Assembly (NCBI GenBank): GCA_041658645.1
Contig: JBAZZV010000006.1
Coordinates: forward strand, 19,486 to 83,485
Direction: 5' to 3'
Source: Candidatus Margulisiibacteriota bacterium
GTDB lineage: Bacteria; Margulisbacteria; WOR-1; O2-12-FULL-45-9; XYB2-FULL-48-7
DNA: 64,000 bases
Shown: in pieces, positions 19,247 through 27,344 of the stretch
Layout: each line of letters starts with the position of its first letter
Position numbering within the stretch: position 1 is the stretch's first letter
Made by a program: the position numbers and the translations under genes
The notes under the pieces: generated by a model
What the model was told of the DNA's origin: nothing
The model's input: the letters and a program-made list of their open reading frames with translations, nothing else
The model's database searches: none

Positions 19247-19630
19247 CTAGTTTTCCGTCGCGCCTAAATAAGCGAACGATTGTGGCGGGCATATGCCATA
19301 CTTGGATTTAATATCATACGACTCTTCATACTTAATATAATTTTTTATTTTAATCGCATATCCGGTTTCCTTCCCGCAAAAATAGTCATGAAAATAATCC
19401 ATTGATATTCCCGCGAACATTTTAGTGTTTTCCCACAAAGAATGTAAATCATCTGATATTATTGATTCTATTTCGAATTCCCCGATCACCCTCCCCACTG
19501 GTGCTGACGCGTAAACGACGACTCGATTTACGCCCTTCCTTTTAAATATCGCTCGCCTAAATTCATACTTTTTTTCCCCGCAAAATATCTTGTCAGCATA
19601 TTCCGGCTTAATGGATAATAATACTTTCAT
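19247..19630 (-). CDS. ASCH (PUA-like) domain protein
   Basis: MKVLLSIKPEYADKIFCGEKKYEFRR... matches ASCH N-terminal consensus; low-GC; 23-nt overlap with upstream PIN gene. Confidence 0.65.
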   Translation of the reverse strand: MKVLLSIKPEYADKIFCGEKKYEFRRAIFKRKGVNRVVVYASAPVGRVIGEFEIESIISDDLHSLWENTKMFAGISMDYFHDYFCGKETGYAIKIKNYIKYEESYDIKSKYGICPPQSFAYLGATEN

Positions 19631-21134
19631 TTGTTTTCGTCTCCTTTAGGATTAGATTAAGTTGATCTTTGCTAATTCGTGCAAACCCCCTTGGCGCCGA
19701 ATCAATATCTTTTATAATTTTTAAGTCTATTAGCTCCTTCAGGTTTAATCGCCTAGGGAATGAGTATGCACAAAGGAAATATACTACAAATGGGCGCCTC
19801 CCAGGGTTATAGTTCCACCATCCTGACAGCTCCTCTCGCGTAAATACACTTCGCTTCCCACACAATTCAATAAATCTTTCTTCATTTTCGATGTTGTCCT
19901 TCACCCCTTCGATTATACCGATTGTAGTAATTACAGACTTGAAATATCCCCCGGTTCTATAGAATACGATTAAGTCCCCTCTTCTTATGTTCCTTTCGAT
20001 TGATCTGCTTATGTAAACCTTACTAATCGCGTTACGAAATGGCTTGTCACCTTCGTAGTCCTCGGGCAATTCTGTTCGAAGGATCGAATCAGGCAAGAGA
20101 GTGGTATGATATTCTGGATATATTGGAGTGATAAATATATTATTGTCTGCCGAAATATAAGGGAAAGTAATTTTGGGCGCAGTGGGATTAAACTTTGGCG
20201 TAAAATCACGCACACACACCTCCTCCACGTCCCTGCAACTTGATGATTTTTTGTAACCATAATGATTGAAACCGAATTTCCTTAATAATTCTTTCAATCT
20301 CAACCTTTCAATACGCTCGTCGCAAATAGTCACATATATTTCTTCGGCCTTAAATAGTAGCGCGTGGTCAAAGACAATTTTCAAGAACCGTTCTCCCAAA
20401 TTAAACCCATTTGCGGCCACCTTAAATGTGCCGATTTTTAATCTTTTTTTACTGGCAAAAGCCGGTTCGATATCCGGGTATTTTTCCCCCTTATTCTCTA
20501 TTTTGATGTATAAAAAAGCTAATATTTTCTCATCCTGCATACAAACATACGCATCATCTTCTGATTTTCTATTAAACCAATCATCGAATCCGGGATAATC
20601 TTGTCTTAATGAATCAAAAAATTCATCTCTAATGTTTAAGTTGCCGAAATGCTCTTTTCTTACAGATAAAACCTTATAATTTATCAATGATGGATTCTCA
20701 GCTCTGACTCTTGCCAAAAACCCATCGATTGTAAAAACCGATGATGCTAGGCCAAGCCGGATCGCCTTATCATGAACACCACCATCTTCACTAATTAACA
20801 GGTCGACCCTTTTATTCATCAACTCATTCAACAACAAAGAATCATTAGTATCATTCTCGTTTTTGTCTAGCGGGAAACAGAGAGATTCAATCAATGGGTG
20901 GATAGGCGCTTTAGTTCGTAATACCGTATAACTTCCCAGCTTAATAAGAAAAGCTTTTACTGTTTTTGGGTCACGATGTTTTTCAATTTCCTCAACCGAA
21001 AGTGGGTGCGCACATTTAACAAAGTGCAAATCATCAAGCCATTTGAATAAAATGCCGATATCTGGGTCGACTGGGGTCGTTGCCTCTCGATGAATGATAA
21101 TATTCGTATCGAGTAAGACTTTTTTCCCTGTCAT
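19608..21134 (-). CDS. Multidomain protein: N-terminal PIN nuclease, central GNAT-like acetyltransferase, C-terminal PUA-like (ASCH/EVE-like) region
   Basis: VLLDTNIIIHRE + downstream acidic residues (PIN); ...ILAFLYIKIEN...RLKIGTFKVAANGFNLGERFLKIVFDHA...LLRKFGF (GNAT-like); RGDLIVFYRTGGYFKSVITTIGIIEGV (PUA-like); ~38 % GC. Confidence 0.55.
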   Translation of the reverse strand: MTGKKVLLDTNIIIHREATTPVDPDIGILFKWLDDLHFVKCAHPLSVEEIEKHRDPKTVKAFLIKLGSYTVLRTKAPIHPLIESLCFPLDKNENDTNDSLLLNELMNKRVDLLISEDGGVHDKAIRLGLASSVFTIDGFLARVRAENPSLINYKVLSVRKEHFGNLNIRDEFFDSLRQDYPGFDDWFNRKSEDDAYVCMQDEKILAFLYIKIENKGEKYPDIEPAFASKKRLKIGTFKVAANGFNLGERFLKIVFDHALLFKAEEIYVTICDERIERLRLKELLRKFGFNHYGYKKSSSCRDVEEVCVRDFTPKFNPTAPKITFPYISADNNIFITPIYPEYHTTLLPDSILRTELPEDYEGDKPFRNAISKVYISRSIERNIRRGDLIVFYRTGGYFKSVITTIGIIEGVKDNIENEERFIELCGKRSVFTREELSGWWNYNPGRRPFVVYFLCAYSFPRRLNLKELIDLKIIKDIDSAPRGFARISKDQLNLILKETKTNESIIIH

Positions 21135-21209
21135 TTATAGCCGAATTCTACGCTCTTTACAGGAAATAGCAAGCTCGGCCCTGAGTTCTATTGACAAGCA
21201 AATATAGCG

Positions 21210-21989
21210 GTGGGAGAATCTCCCCTGAACCTATTTTTGGGTAATAACATGACAAAGAACAAAAGAGCGTTTAAATTTCTTAGCGATTACATTAGACATT
21301 TAGAAAATGTAATTGATGAGAATGGACTAACCTTATTTCGGGGATTGGGCAAGGACTACCCTCTAGTACCTCGAATTGCAAGGATATTACTTAAAAACCC
21401 TCTTACAGCGACAGAAAATAGAATGATGAGGGATTTTCAATTAAAAAGCAGACCCTTCTTATCTATTGTTCCAAATTCTAGCTGGGATTGGTTAGCCTTG
21501 GCCCAACATCATGGATTACCAACCAGGTTAATGGACTGGACTAACAATCCGCTTGCCGCGTTATGGTTTGCCGTAAAGGATCCTCCTATAAATAATAATG
21601 ATGGCATTGTTTGGATGTTCAACGTCAATAAAGCTGATGTCCTTTCAGAAGACGAGAAAAAAACACTTAGCCCCAATCGTAACGGTCAAACAAGAATTTT
21701 TCAGCCAAACCATATCGCCGACCGCATTGCGAACCAAGGCGCATGGTTCACGGTCCATAAGTATAATTTTAGTAGAACGACACATAACGGATTTGTCCCA
21801 TTAGAGAACATGAAACGATATAAGCACTGTTTGACGCGATACCGAATTCCAGCAAAATATTTTTATGACATTCGATTTCATCTCGACTTGTGTGGTTTTA
21901 ACCATGCGTCATTATTCCCTGGGTTAGACGGCCTATGTAAACATTTATCTTGGTATCATTCTCTGCTAGAAGATGAAATAGACAAGTAA
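21210..21989 (+). CDS. FRG-domain protein
   Basis: LFRGLGKDYPLVPRIAR and AQHHGLPTRLMDWTNNPLAALWFA match FRG hallmarks (YRGQ...L.PS..R; QHYGLPTRLLDWT); low-GC; divergent from PIN gene. Confidence 0.7.
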   Translation: MGESPLNLFLGNNMTKNKRAFKFLSDYIRHLENVIDENGLTLFRGLGKDYPLVPRIARILLKNPLTATENRMMRDFQLKSRPFLSIVPNSSWDWLALAQHHGLPTRLMDWTNNPLAALWFAVKDPPINNNDGIVWMFNVNKADVLSEDEKKTLSPNRNGQTRIFQPNHIADRIANQGAWFTVHKYNFSRTTHNGFVPLENMKRYKHCLTRYRIPAKYFYDIRFHLDLCGFNHASLFPGLDGLCKHLSWYHSLLEDEIDK

Positions 21990-22038
21990 ACACTTCATCG
22001 TTTTTATTGCCCACACCATTCCAACCGTCACAACGGCA

Positions 22039-22431
22039 CTACTTCTTCCCCAGCGTCAAATTCATCGGACAATCGATCATCTTCAGCTCTTTATCGATAA
22101 CCACGATATGATCGGCGTCTTTTTGGAGGAAATTGTAGATATCCTGCGGCTTGTCGTAGTTTAGCTGGATAACCGCCCTGCCCTGGGAAGCATGTTTTTG
22201 CCATTTGCCGATAGAAGTGAAAGTTTTATCCCCATCCCGGGTGGCCAGGTAGGTTTCCTTGAGAAAATAAGTGCCGTTCGGGTATAAGGTCAATTCGGTC
22301 TTGAGGCCGGCGCAATCGGCGCCGGGGAGGACCCCTTCATATGTCGTCCCCGAACCTTGGCCGTTGAAGATGAAGAAGCCAACTCCCAAGATCAGGACAA
22401 GCGCTGCGATCCCCCAGCTCCATTTTGGCAT
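22039..22431 (-). CDS. NlpE N-terminal-domain-like lipoprotein (copper-resistance/CutF-like)
   Basis: YEGVLPGADCAGLKTELTLYPNGTYFLKETY matches NlpE N-domain motif YxGxLPCADCxGIxTxLxL. Confidence 0.6.
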   Translation of the reverse strand: MPKWSWGIAALVLILGVGFFIFNGQGSGTTYEGVLPGADCAGLKTELTLYPNGTYFLKETYLATRDGDKTFTSIGKWQKHASQGRAVIQLNYDKPQDIYNFLQKDADHIVVIDKELKMIDCPMNLTLGKK

Positions 22432-22436
22432 GGCGG

Positions 22437-22919
22437 TCAGAAATAAATGTGCACGCCGAGATTGCTGTTCAGGAAATAAAGCCAGGTCGTCCGGCTCCCG
22501 GCCGACATCTGGCTAAGGTAAGTGGCGAAAAATACCTTGCCGTCCAGCGCGACATGATCGTTAATAAAGACCTCGCCGCCGACAAAAGGATTGAACGCCA
22601 CCCGGTCAAAAGAGACGCCGGCACTAGAGCCCTGATTGTCCTGGACCGTCGTGCCGATCTCGAGCAGGGTGTTCGGATAGACCTCGCGAACATAAAAAAG
22701 CCCCAGCGCGAGGTTGTCAATATTGCTGTCAGCCTGGCCGCTCTGCGTGCTGTTAGAGTAAAAGACGCTAAGATCTAACCCAAAATTGTTGTTCACGAAG
22801 CCCCGAACACTTAAAGAGGTAGCCCGCAGGCCGACCCCGGTCTTGCCGCCCAGCTCCAGCGCCAGCGACGTGCCGGCCAGTAACGTGACCAGGAGCAGAA
22901 GCAAACACGCTTTTTTCAT
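22437..22919 (-). CDS. Small outer-membrane β-barrel protein (paralog 1)
   Basis: Signal peptide MKKACLLLLLVTLLAGTSLA; C-terminal ...HIYF. Confidence 0.6.
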   Translation of the reverse strand: MKKACLLLLLVTLLAGTSLALELGGKTGVGLRATSLSVRGFVNNNFGLDLSVFYSNSTQSGQADSNIDNLALGLFYVREVYPNTLLEIGTTVQDNQGSSAGVSFDRVAFNPFVGGEVFINDHVALDGKVFFATYLSQMSAGSRTTWLYFLNSNLGVHIYF

Positions 22920-22929
22920 GAATTTCTCC

Positions 22930-23415
22930 CTATAAATAAATGTGCGCGCCGAGCTCGCCGGTCAGGACGTTAAGCGCAGTCGACCTGGACCCGGCTTCCA
23001 TCTGGCTGCTGTAAGCGCCAAAGAAGACCTTGCCGTCCAGTCCAACGTGGTCATTGATAAAGCACTCCGCTCCGATGAACGGATCGAGCTCGAGGCCGCT
23101 GTAAAAGGTGCCGGCATCGTACCCCTGCCACCCCAGCACATTCACGCCGATCTCAAGCAGTGTATTGGGGTAGATCTCCCACGCCCTAAAACAGCCGAGC
23201 GAATAATCGTATTCGGTGCTGTCCTGCTGGCCGCTCCGGGTCCTGTTAAAATAACTGGCCGTTACATCGAAGCCCAGATTATTGTTCACGAAGCGCCGGA
23301 CCGAAAAGCCGCTAACCTGCAGGCCGAGCCCGGTTTTACCGCCAAGCTCCATCGCCATCGACATGCCGGCCAGCAACGTAACCAGGAGCAGAAGCAAACC
23401 TGCCTTTTTCATCAA
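22930..23415 (-). CDS. Small outer-membrane β-barrel protein (paralog 2, tandem duplicate)
   Basis: ~50 % identical to the neighbour; signal peptide; C-terminal ...HIYL. Confidence 0.6.
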   Translation of the reverse strand: MMKKAGLLLLLVTLLAGMSMAMELGGKTGLGLQVSGFSVRRFVNNNLGFDVTASYFNRTRSGQQDSTEYDYSLGCFRAWEIYPNTLLEIGVNVLGWQGYDAGTFYSGLELDPFIGAECFINDHVGLDGKVFFGAYSSQMEAGSRSTALNVLTGELGAHIYL

Positions 23416-23541
23416 CGATCCCTCCTTATGGGATTCAAACTGCGCTAATACTAGCGCCGCAGTCAGCCGAATGCAAGAGGAACTCTTCGCCGCCCCAAAA
23501 AAAGTGAGGGCGAGTTATCGATTAAAGCAGAAAACAGTGGA

Positions 23542-24660
23542 TCACCGGCGATGGGCGATCAGCCAATCCAAGCTCCTTTCCCAAACCTCACCTTCCGCGT
23601 TATTACCAATGACCAGATCGTTGTGCCCGCTCCCTTTGATGACCACAAAATTCGTCTCAGCTTGAGGCGTCAAGGCTTTTTGGGCCAGGCGGACGCTTTC
23701 CGGCGGAGCCAATTTATCCTTTTCGCCGGCAATAAATAAACAGTTCGGCCGCTCCCCTCGCCTGCTTCTCAAACCGGCATAGTAATCAAAATCCCCGCCT
23801 AATGAAACAAACCCCTCGCGAATGAATTGACTATATGAGTTTTCCAGGCCGGAAGGGATCGGCTCAACGATTCTGGCAAAAAAAGCGCGCAAAGTCTTAT
23901 GTTTTACATTATCTGGTTCATATAAAAAATCAAACTGCCTGCTTTTTAAGGCTCGATCCGGCAATAAAGCGGCCAGACTGGCAAAGAGATGGAGTTTGGC
24001 CGAAAGAGTCCCGCCGATCGTTTGTTCTTCCGCTCCTAAAATCTTTGAGAACCGGTTTATATTAGCGATCAAACGAGCCAAAGAAAGAGTAATGCGAATT
24101 GGGCTGCCGATCGCCACCAAATTGCCGATCCGATCGTCACCGTATTTTGCCAGATAGGCATAAGCCAGCATCCCGCCCATGCTAAAACCGACCCAGGAAA
24201 GGCGCTCGGTCCCCGCGTCTTTAGCTACCAGGTCGAGGACCAGCGGCAAATCAAGATTGACCATTTGGTCAAAATTCAAAGCGGGCGACACATTATAACG
24301 TTTACCGTAATAAACGCTCTCGGGGCAATGGCGGGAGACAAAACGGTTATAAACCAGCTCCGAACTTGGGTAATGCCAAAGATAAACCGCGAACCCCTGA
24401 CTGGCCAACAAATTAGCAAAAGACCTGGCATGATCAAAAGTCAGGATCTGGCCGTTATCCGTTCTTAAACGGAAAAGATTGCCGTTACAGGCGATCCCTG
24501 GGGCCATAATGACCGGTCCCAGCCGCGGCTTCCAGGCGGCGGTGGTGGTGATCTTTTTTACGAAGACTTCCCGTCCACCCTGGTTCGCGAACAGGCTTTT
24601 GCCCGTTAAATAATACGGACTGGTCAACCGTGAATGATCTTTAGGAGCAATGATTGTCAT
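23542..24660 (-). CDS. α/β-hydrolase-fold protein (lipase/esterase-like)
   Basis: GFSMGG nucleophile elbow; 372 aa. Confidence 0.65.
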   Translation of the reverse strand: MTIIAPKDHSRLTSPYYLTGKSLFANQGGREVFVKKITTTAAWKPRLGPVIMAPGIACNGNLFRLRTDNGQILTFDHARSFANLLASQGFAVYLWHYPSSELVYNRFVSRHCPESVYYGKRYNVSPALNFDQMVNLDLPLVLDLVAKDAGTERLSWVGFSMGGMLAYAYLAKYGDDRIGNLVAIGSPIRITLSLARLIANINRFSKILGAEEQTIGGTLSAKLHLFASLAALLPDRALKSRQFDFLYEPDNVKHKTLRAFFARIVEPIPSGLENSYSQFIREGFVSLGGDFDYYAGLRSRRGERPNCLFIAGEKDKLAPPESVRLAQKALTPQAETNFVVIKGSGHNDLVIGNNAEGEVWERSLDWLIAHRR

Positions 24661-24744
24661 ATCACTATGACTTCGCTGAAAATAACCGGGGATTTCAAGG
24701 GGATTGCCAAGCCGCTGTTCGCCATGTCATTGCAGTTAAATAAA

Positions 24745-24880
24745 TGTCCTAGCCATCGAAACATCATGCGACGAGACCTCCGCTTCTGTAGTAAAAGACG
24801 GGAGCGAAGTTTTGTCGAACGTCATCTCTTCCCAGGTCGAATTCCACAAAAAATACGGCGGGATCGTGCCGGTGGTTTGC
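24745..24880 (+). pseudogene. Degenerate duplicate of the tsaD 5' end (first ~45 codons)
   Basis: ~75 % nt identity to 25912-26046, ending in the identical 22-mer aaatacggcgggatcgtgccgg. Confidence 0.7.
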
Positions 24881-24907
24881 TTCCCCCAAGCGATTAATTG
24901 ACTTCTC

Positions 24908-24923
24908 CGGTGTAATATATTAC
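24908..24923. promoter_or_regulatory. Perfect 16-bp palindrome GTGTAATATATTACAC plus extra GGTGTAA half-site, 25 nt upstream of the MNT gene (putative TA operator)
   Basis: Direct reading of sequence. Confidence 0.5.
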
Positions 24924-24948
24924 ACTTATCGGTGTAAGGCCAAACAAT

Positions 24949-25503
24949 ATGATCTCCCTGAAATCAGAAATAACACAGCAAGTATTGAACTATTTTTTCC
25001 TGAACCCGCAGGAAAGCCTTTATATCAATGAGCTGGCCAGGCAGCTTTCCCTTGACAAAAGGAACCTGGTAAAAAAGATCAAAGAGCTGGAAAATGATGG
25101 TCTTTTGATCAGCTGGTCGCGCGGCAATCTGAAGCTTTACGCCATTAACCGAAAGTTCCCCTTATACAAGGAGTACAAAAACATTGTGCTCAAAACAGTC
25201 GGCTTTGAAAAAGAACTTAAAGACGTTCTTAAAGGAACGGCCGGCGCCGAGAAAGCCTATATTTACGGCTCATATGCGAGGGATAAAATGGACGCTCACA
25301 GCGACATTGATCTTCTGGTTATCGGCAACCACGGGGTTGTTCTGCTGCAAAGAAAGATTTCACGCCTCCAGAAAAAAATTGGCCGTGAAATAAATGCCGT
25401 GAATATGAGCGCCGGGGAGTTCAGGAAACGCAGGGCAAACCAAGACCCTTTCCTTCAAAACATTTTAAAAAACAAATATATTGAGATCAAAAATGAAATT
25501 TGA
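24949..25503 (+). CDS. Minimal nucleotidyltransferase (MNT-type) with N-terminal wHTH
   Basis: GSYARD...SDIDLLVIG NTase motif; AT-rich. Confidence 0.7.
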   Translation: MISLKSEITQQVLNYFFLNPQESLYINELARQLSLDKRNLVKKIKELENDGLLISWSRGNLKLYAINRKFPLYKEYKNIVLKTVGFEKELKDVLKGTAGAEKAYIYGSYARDKMDAHSDIDLLVIGNHGVVLLQRKISRLQKKIGREINAVNMSAGEFRKRRANQDPFLQNILKNKYIEIKNEI

Positions 25504-25897
25504 TAACAAATATTTCAGCCAGCATGATTTCCCCAAGGCGCAGATCGAGAAAAACCTTGGCAATGCCATTAAAGACTTGAATATCGCTAAAAAAGACAAT
25601 ATTTTAGATGTAAAATTTAATTACGCTTACTCCGCCCTATTAAAAACCGGCCTCACTTTATTGAGCCAACAACAGATCAAAATAAAAAGCGCGCCCGGAC
25701 ATCACATCAAGATCATTGAAGCAATGGCTGAATTATTAAAAGATGATTCGATCGCTGACGTTGGGAACGCCATGCGTTCAAAGCGAAACATTGATATGTA
25801 TTCCGGCGGCATTGAAGTCACCAAAAAGGAATGCGAGGAATATATTGATTTTGTTGATAAGATTGTTGTTCAAGTAAAAGCTTTTCTCGCTTTTTAA
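25493..25897 (+). CDS. HEPN-domain protein, partner of the MNT
   Basis: Overlaps the MNT gene by 11 nt; α-helical ~135 aa with MRSKRNIDMY segment. Confidence 0.55.
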   Translation: MKFDNKYFSQHDFPKAQIEKNLGNAIKDLNIAKKDNILDVKFNYAYSALLKTGLTLLSQQQIKIKSAPGHHIKIIEAMAELLKDDSIADVGNAMRSKRNIDMYSGGIEVTKKECEEYIDFVDKIVVQVKAFLAF

Positions 25898-25899
25898 AT

Positions 25900-26949
25900 A
25901 TGCTTATCCTCGCCATCGAAACCTCCTGCGACGAAACCGCGGCGGCCGTGGTCCGTGACGGCCAGGCCGTCCTCTCGAGCGTCATCTCCTCCCAGATCGA
26001 TTTCCACCGGAAATACGGCGGGATCGTGCCGGAGGTCGCCGCCCGGAAACATATCGAGGTCATAACGCCGGTCATCCAGGAGGCGATTTCAATCGCCGGT
26101 GTCGGCTTTAAGGAGATCGACGCCGTCGCCGTCACTTACGGCCCCGGCCTGATCGGTTCGCTGATCGTCGGCCTCTCCGCCGCCAAAGCGATCGCCTGGT
26201 CACTTGGCAAACCACTGATCGGAGTGAACCACCTTGAGGGTCACATCTACGCTAACTTCTTAACTTCCAACTTCAAACCTCAAACTTCAAAACAAATTAT
26301 AAATCCAAAATCAGAAATTCCAAACTTTCCATTCATTTGTCTTCTGGTCTCCGGCGGCCACACCATGATAATAAAAGTGAATGGTCACGGGCAGTACGAA
26401 ACCATTGGGCGGACTCGCGATGACGCCGCGGGGGAAGCTTTCGACAAGGTCGCCCGTTTTCTCAAACTCGGTTACCCCGGCGGCCCAATCATCGATAAAT
26501 TAGCTAAAGAAGGAAACCCCAAGGCAATTAACTTTACCCGCCCTATGCTAAATGATGGGTACGACTTCTCGTTTAGCGGGATCAAGACTGCTGTAGTCAA
26601 CTTTGGTACCAGGTACCAGGTACCAGGTACCAGGGTCGAAGATGTCGCAGCGTCGTTCCAGCAAGCCGTCGTCGACGTCCTAGTCGAGAAGACAGTCCGG
26701 GCCGCGCTTGACCACGGTTGCCGGACGGTTACAATCGCCGGCGGGGTCTCGGCTAACTCCCAGCTCCGCCAGGAGCTAATGACCAAAGGCAAAGCAGCCG
26801 GACTCAACGTCATCATCCTACCGTTCGAGTACTGCACCGACAACGCCGCCATGATCGCCTGCGCCGGTTATTACAAATTCATTAATTCGTCATTAGACAT
26901 TAGTCATTCGTCATTTTCCCTAGCCCCCGTTGCCAGTCTCAAGTTGTAG
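25900..26949 (+). CDS. tsaD: tRNA N6-adenosine threonylcarbamoyltransferase TsaD, carrying three in-frame repeat insertions
   Basis: [31 protein letters not shown]-terminal CTDNAAMIA; inserts at 26258-26335, 26609-26636, 26873-26905. Confidence 0.85.
   Translation: MLILAIETSCDETAAAVVRDGQAVLSSVISSQIDFHRKYGGIVPEVAARKHIEVITPVIQEAISIAGVGFKEIDAVAVTYGPGLIGSLIVGLSAAKAIAWSLGKPLIGVNHLEGHIYANFLTSNFKPQTSKQIINPKSEIPNFPFICLLVSGGHTMIIKVNGHGQYETIGRTRDDAAGEAFDKVARFLKLGYPGGPIIDKLAKEGNPKAINFTRPMLNDGYDFSFSGIKTAVVNFGTRYQVPGTRVEDVAASFQQAVVDVLVEKTVRAALDHGCRTVTIAGGVSANSQLRQELMTKGKAAGLNVIILPFEYCTDNAAMIACAGYYKFINSSLDISHSSFSLAPVASLKL
26258..26335. repeat. Family-2 dispersed repeat (single arm) inserted in-frame in tsaD
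   Basis: cttccaacttcaaacctcaaacttcaaaacaaattataaatccaaaatc...; relatives at 34646-34720 and 58655-58790. Confidence 0.6.
26873..26905. repeat. Family-1 repeat arm (cgtcattagacattagtcattcgtcatt) forming the 3' end of tsaD
   Basis: Similar to 648-765 and 46744-46783. Confidence 0.55.
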
Positions 26950-26987
26950 CGCTTGCCCCGAGAATATCGAGGGGTTATAATGGCTCC

Positions 26988-27266
26988 ATGAAGATCGATG
27001 TGGAGCATGTCGCCCGGCTCGCCCGGCTCGGTTTAACCGAAGAAGAAAAAGCGCTCTTTTCCCAACAGCTCTCCGCCATCCTCGACTTTGCCGCCAGCTT
27101 GCAAAAGCTTGAGACTGGCGACCTGCCGCCGACCGCCCACGCCATCCCGATGAAGAACATCTTCCGCGAAGATGAAGCTATCCCTTGCGAAAATGTCGAT
27201 GATATTCTGGCAAATGCGCCTGAGGAAGAGGAACATATGTTCAAGGTACCTAAAATACTGGAATAA
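26988..27266 (+). CDS. gatC: Asp/Glu-tRNA amidotransferase subunit C
   Basis: MKIDVEHVARLARLGLTEEEKALF... canonical GatC. Confidence 0.85.
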   Translation: MKIDVEHVARLARLGLTEEEKALFSQQLSAILDFAASLQKLETGDLPPTAHAIPMKNIFREDEAIPCENVDDILANAPEEEEHMFKVPKILE

Positions 27267-27267
27267 A

Positions 27268-27335
27268 TGTAGGGACAACCCTTGTGGTTGTCCGAAATAA
27301 ACGGACAGGGACAAGCCCTGTCCCTACATTTTCCA
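27268..27335 (+). other. Composite nested palindrome/stem-loop between gatC and gatA
   Basis: atgtagggacaacccttgtggttgtcc...ggacagggacaagccctgtccctacat: two inner hairpins enclosed by outer stem atgtaggga/tccctacat. Confidence 0.5.
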
Positions 27336-27344
27336 ACATAAGCC

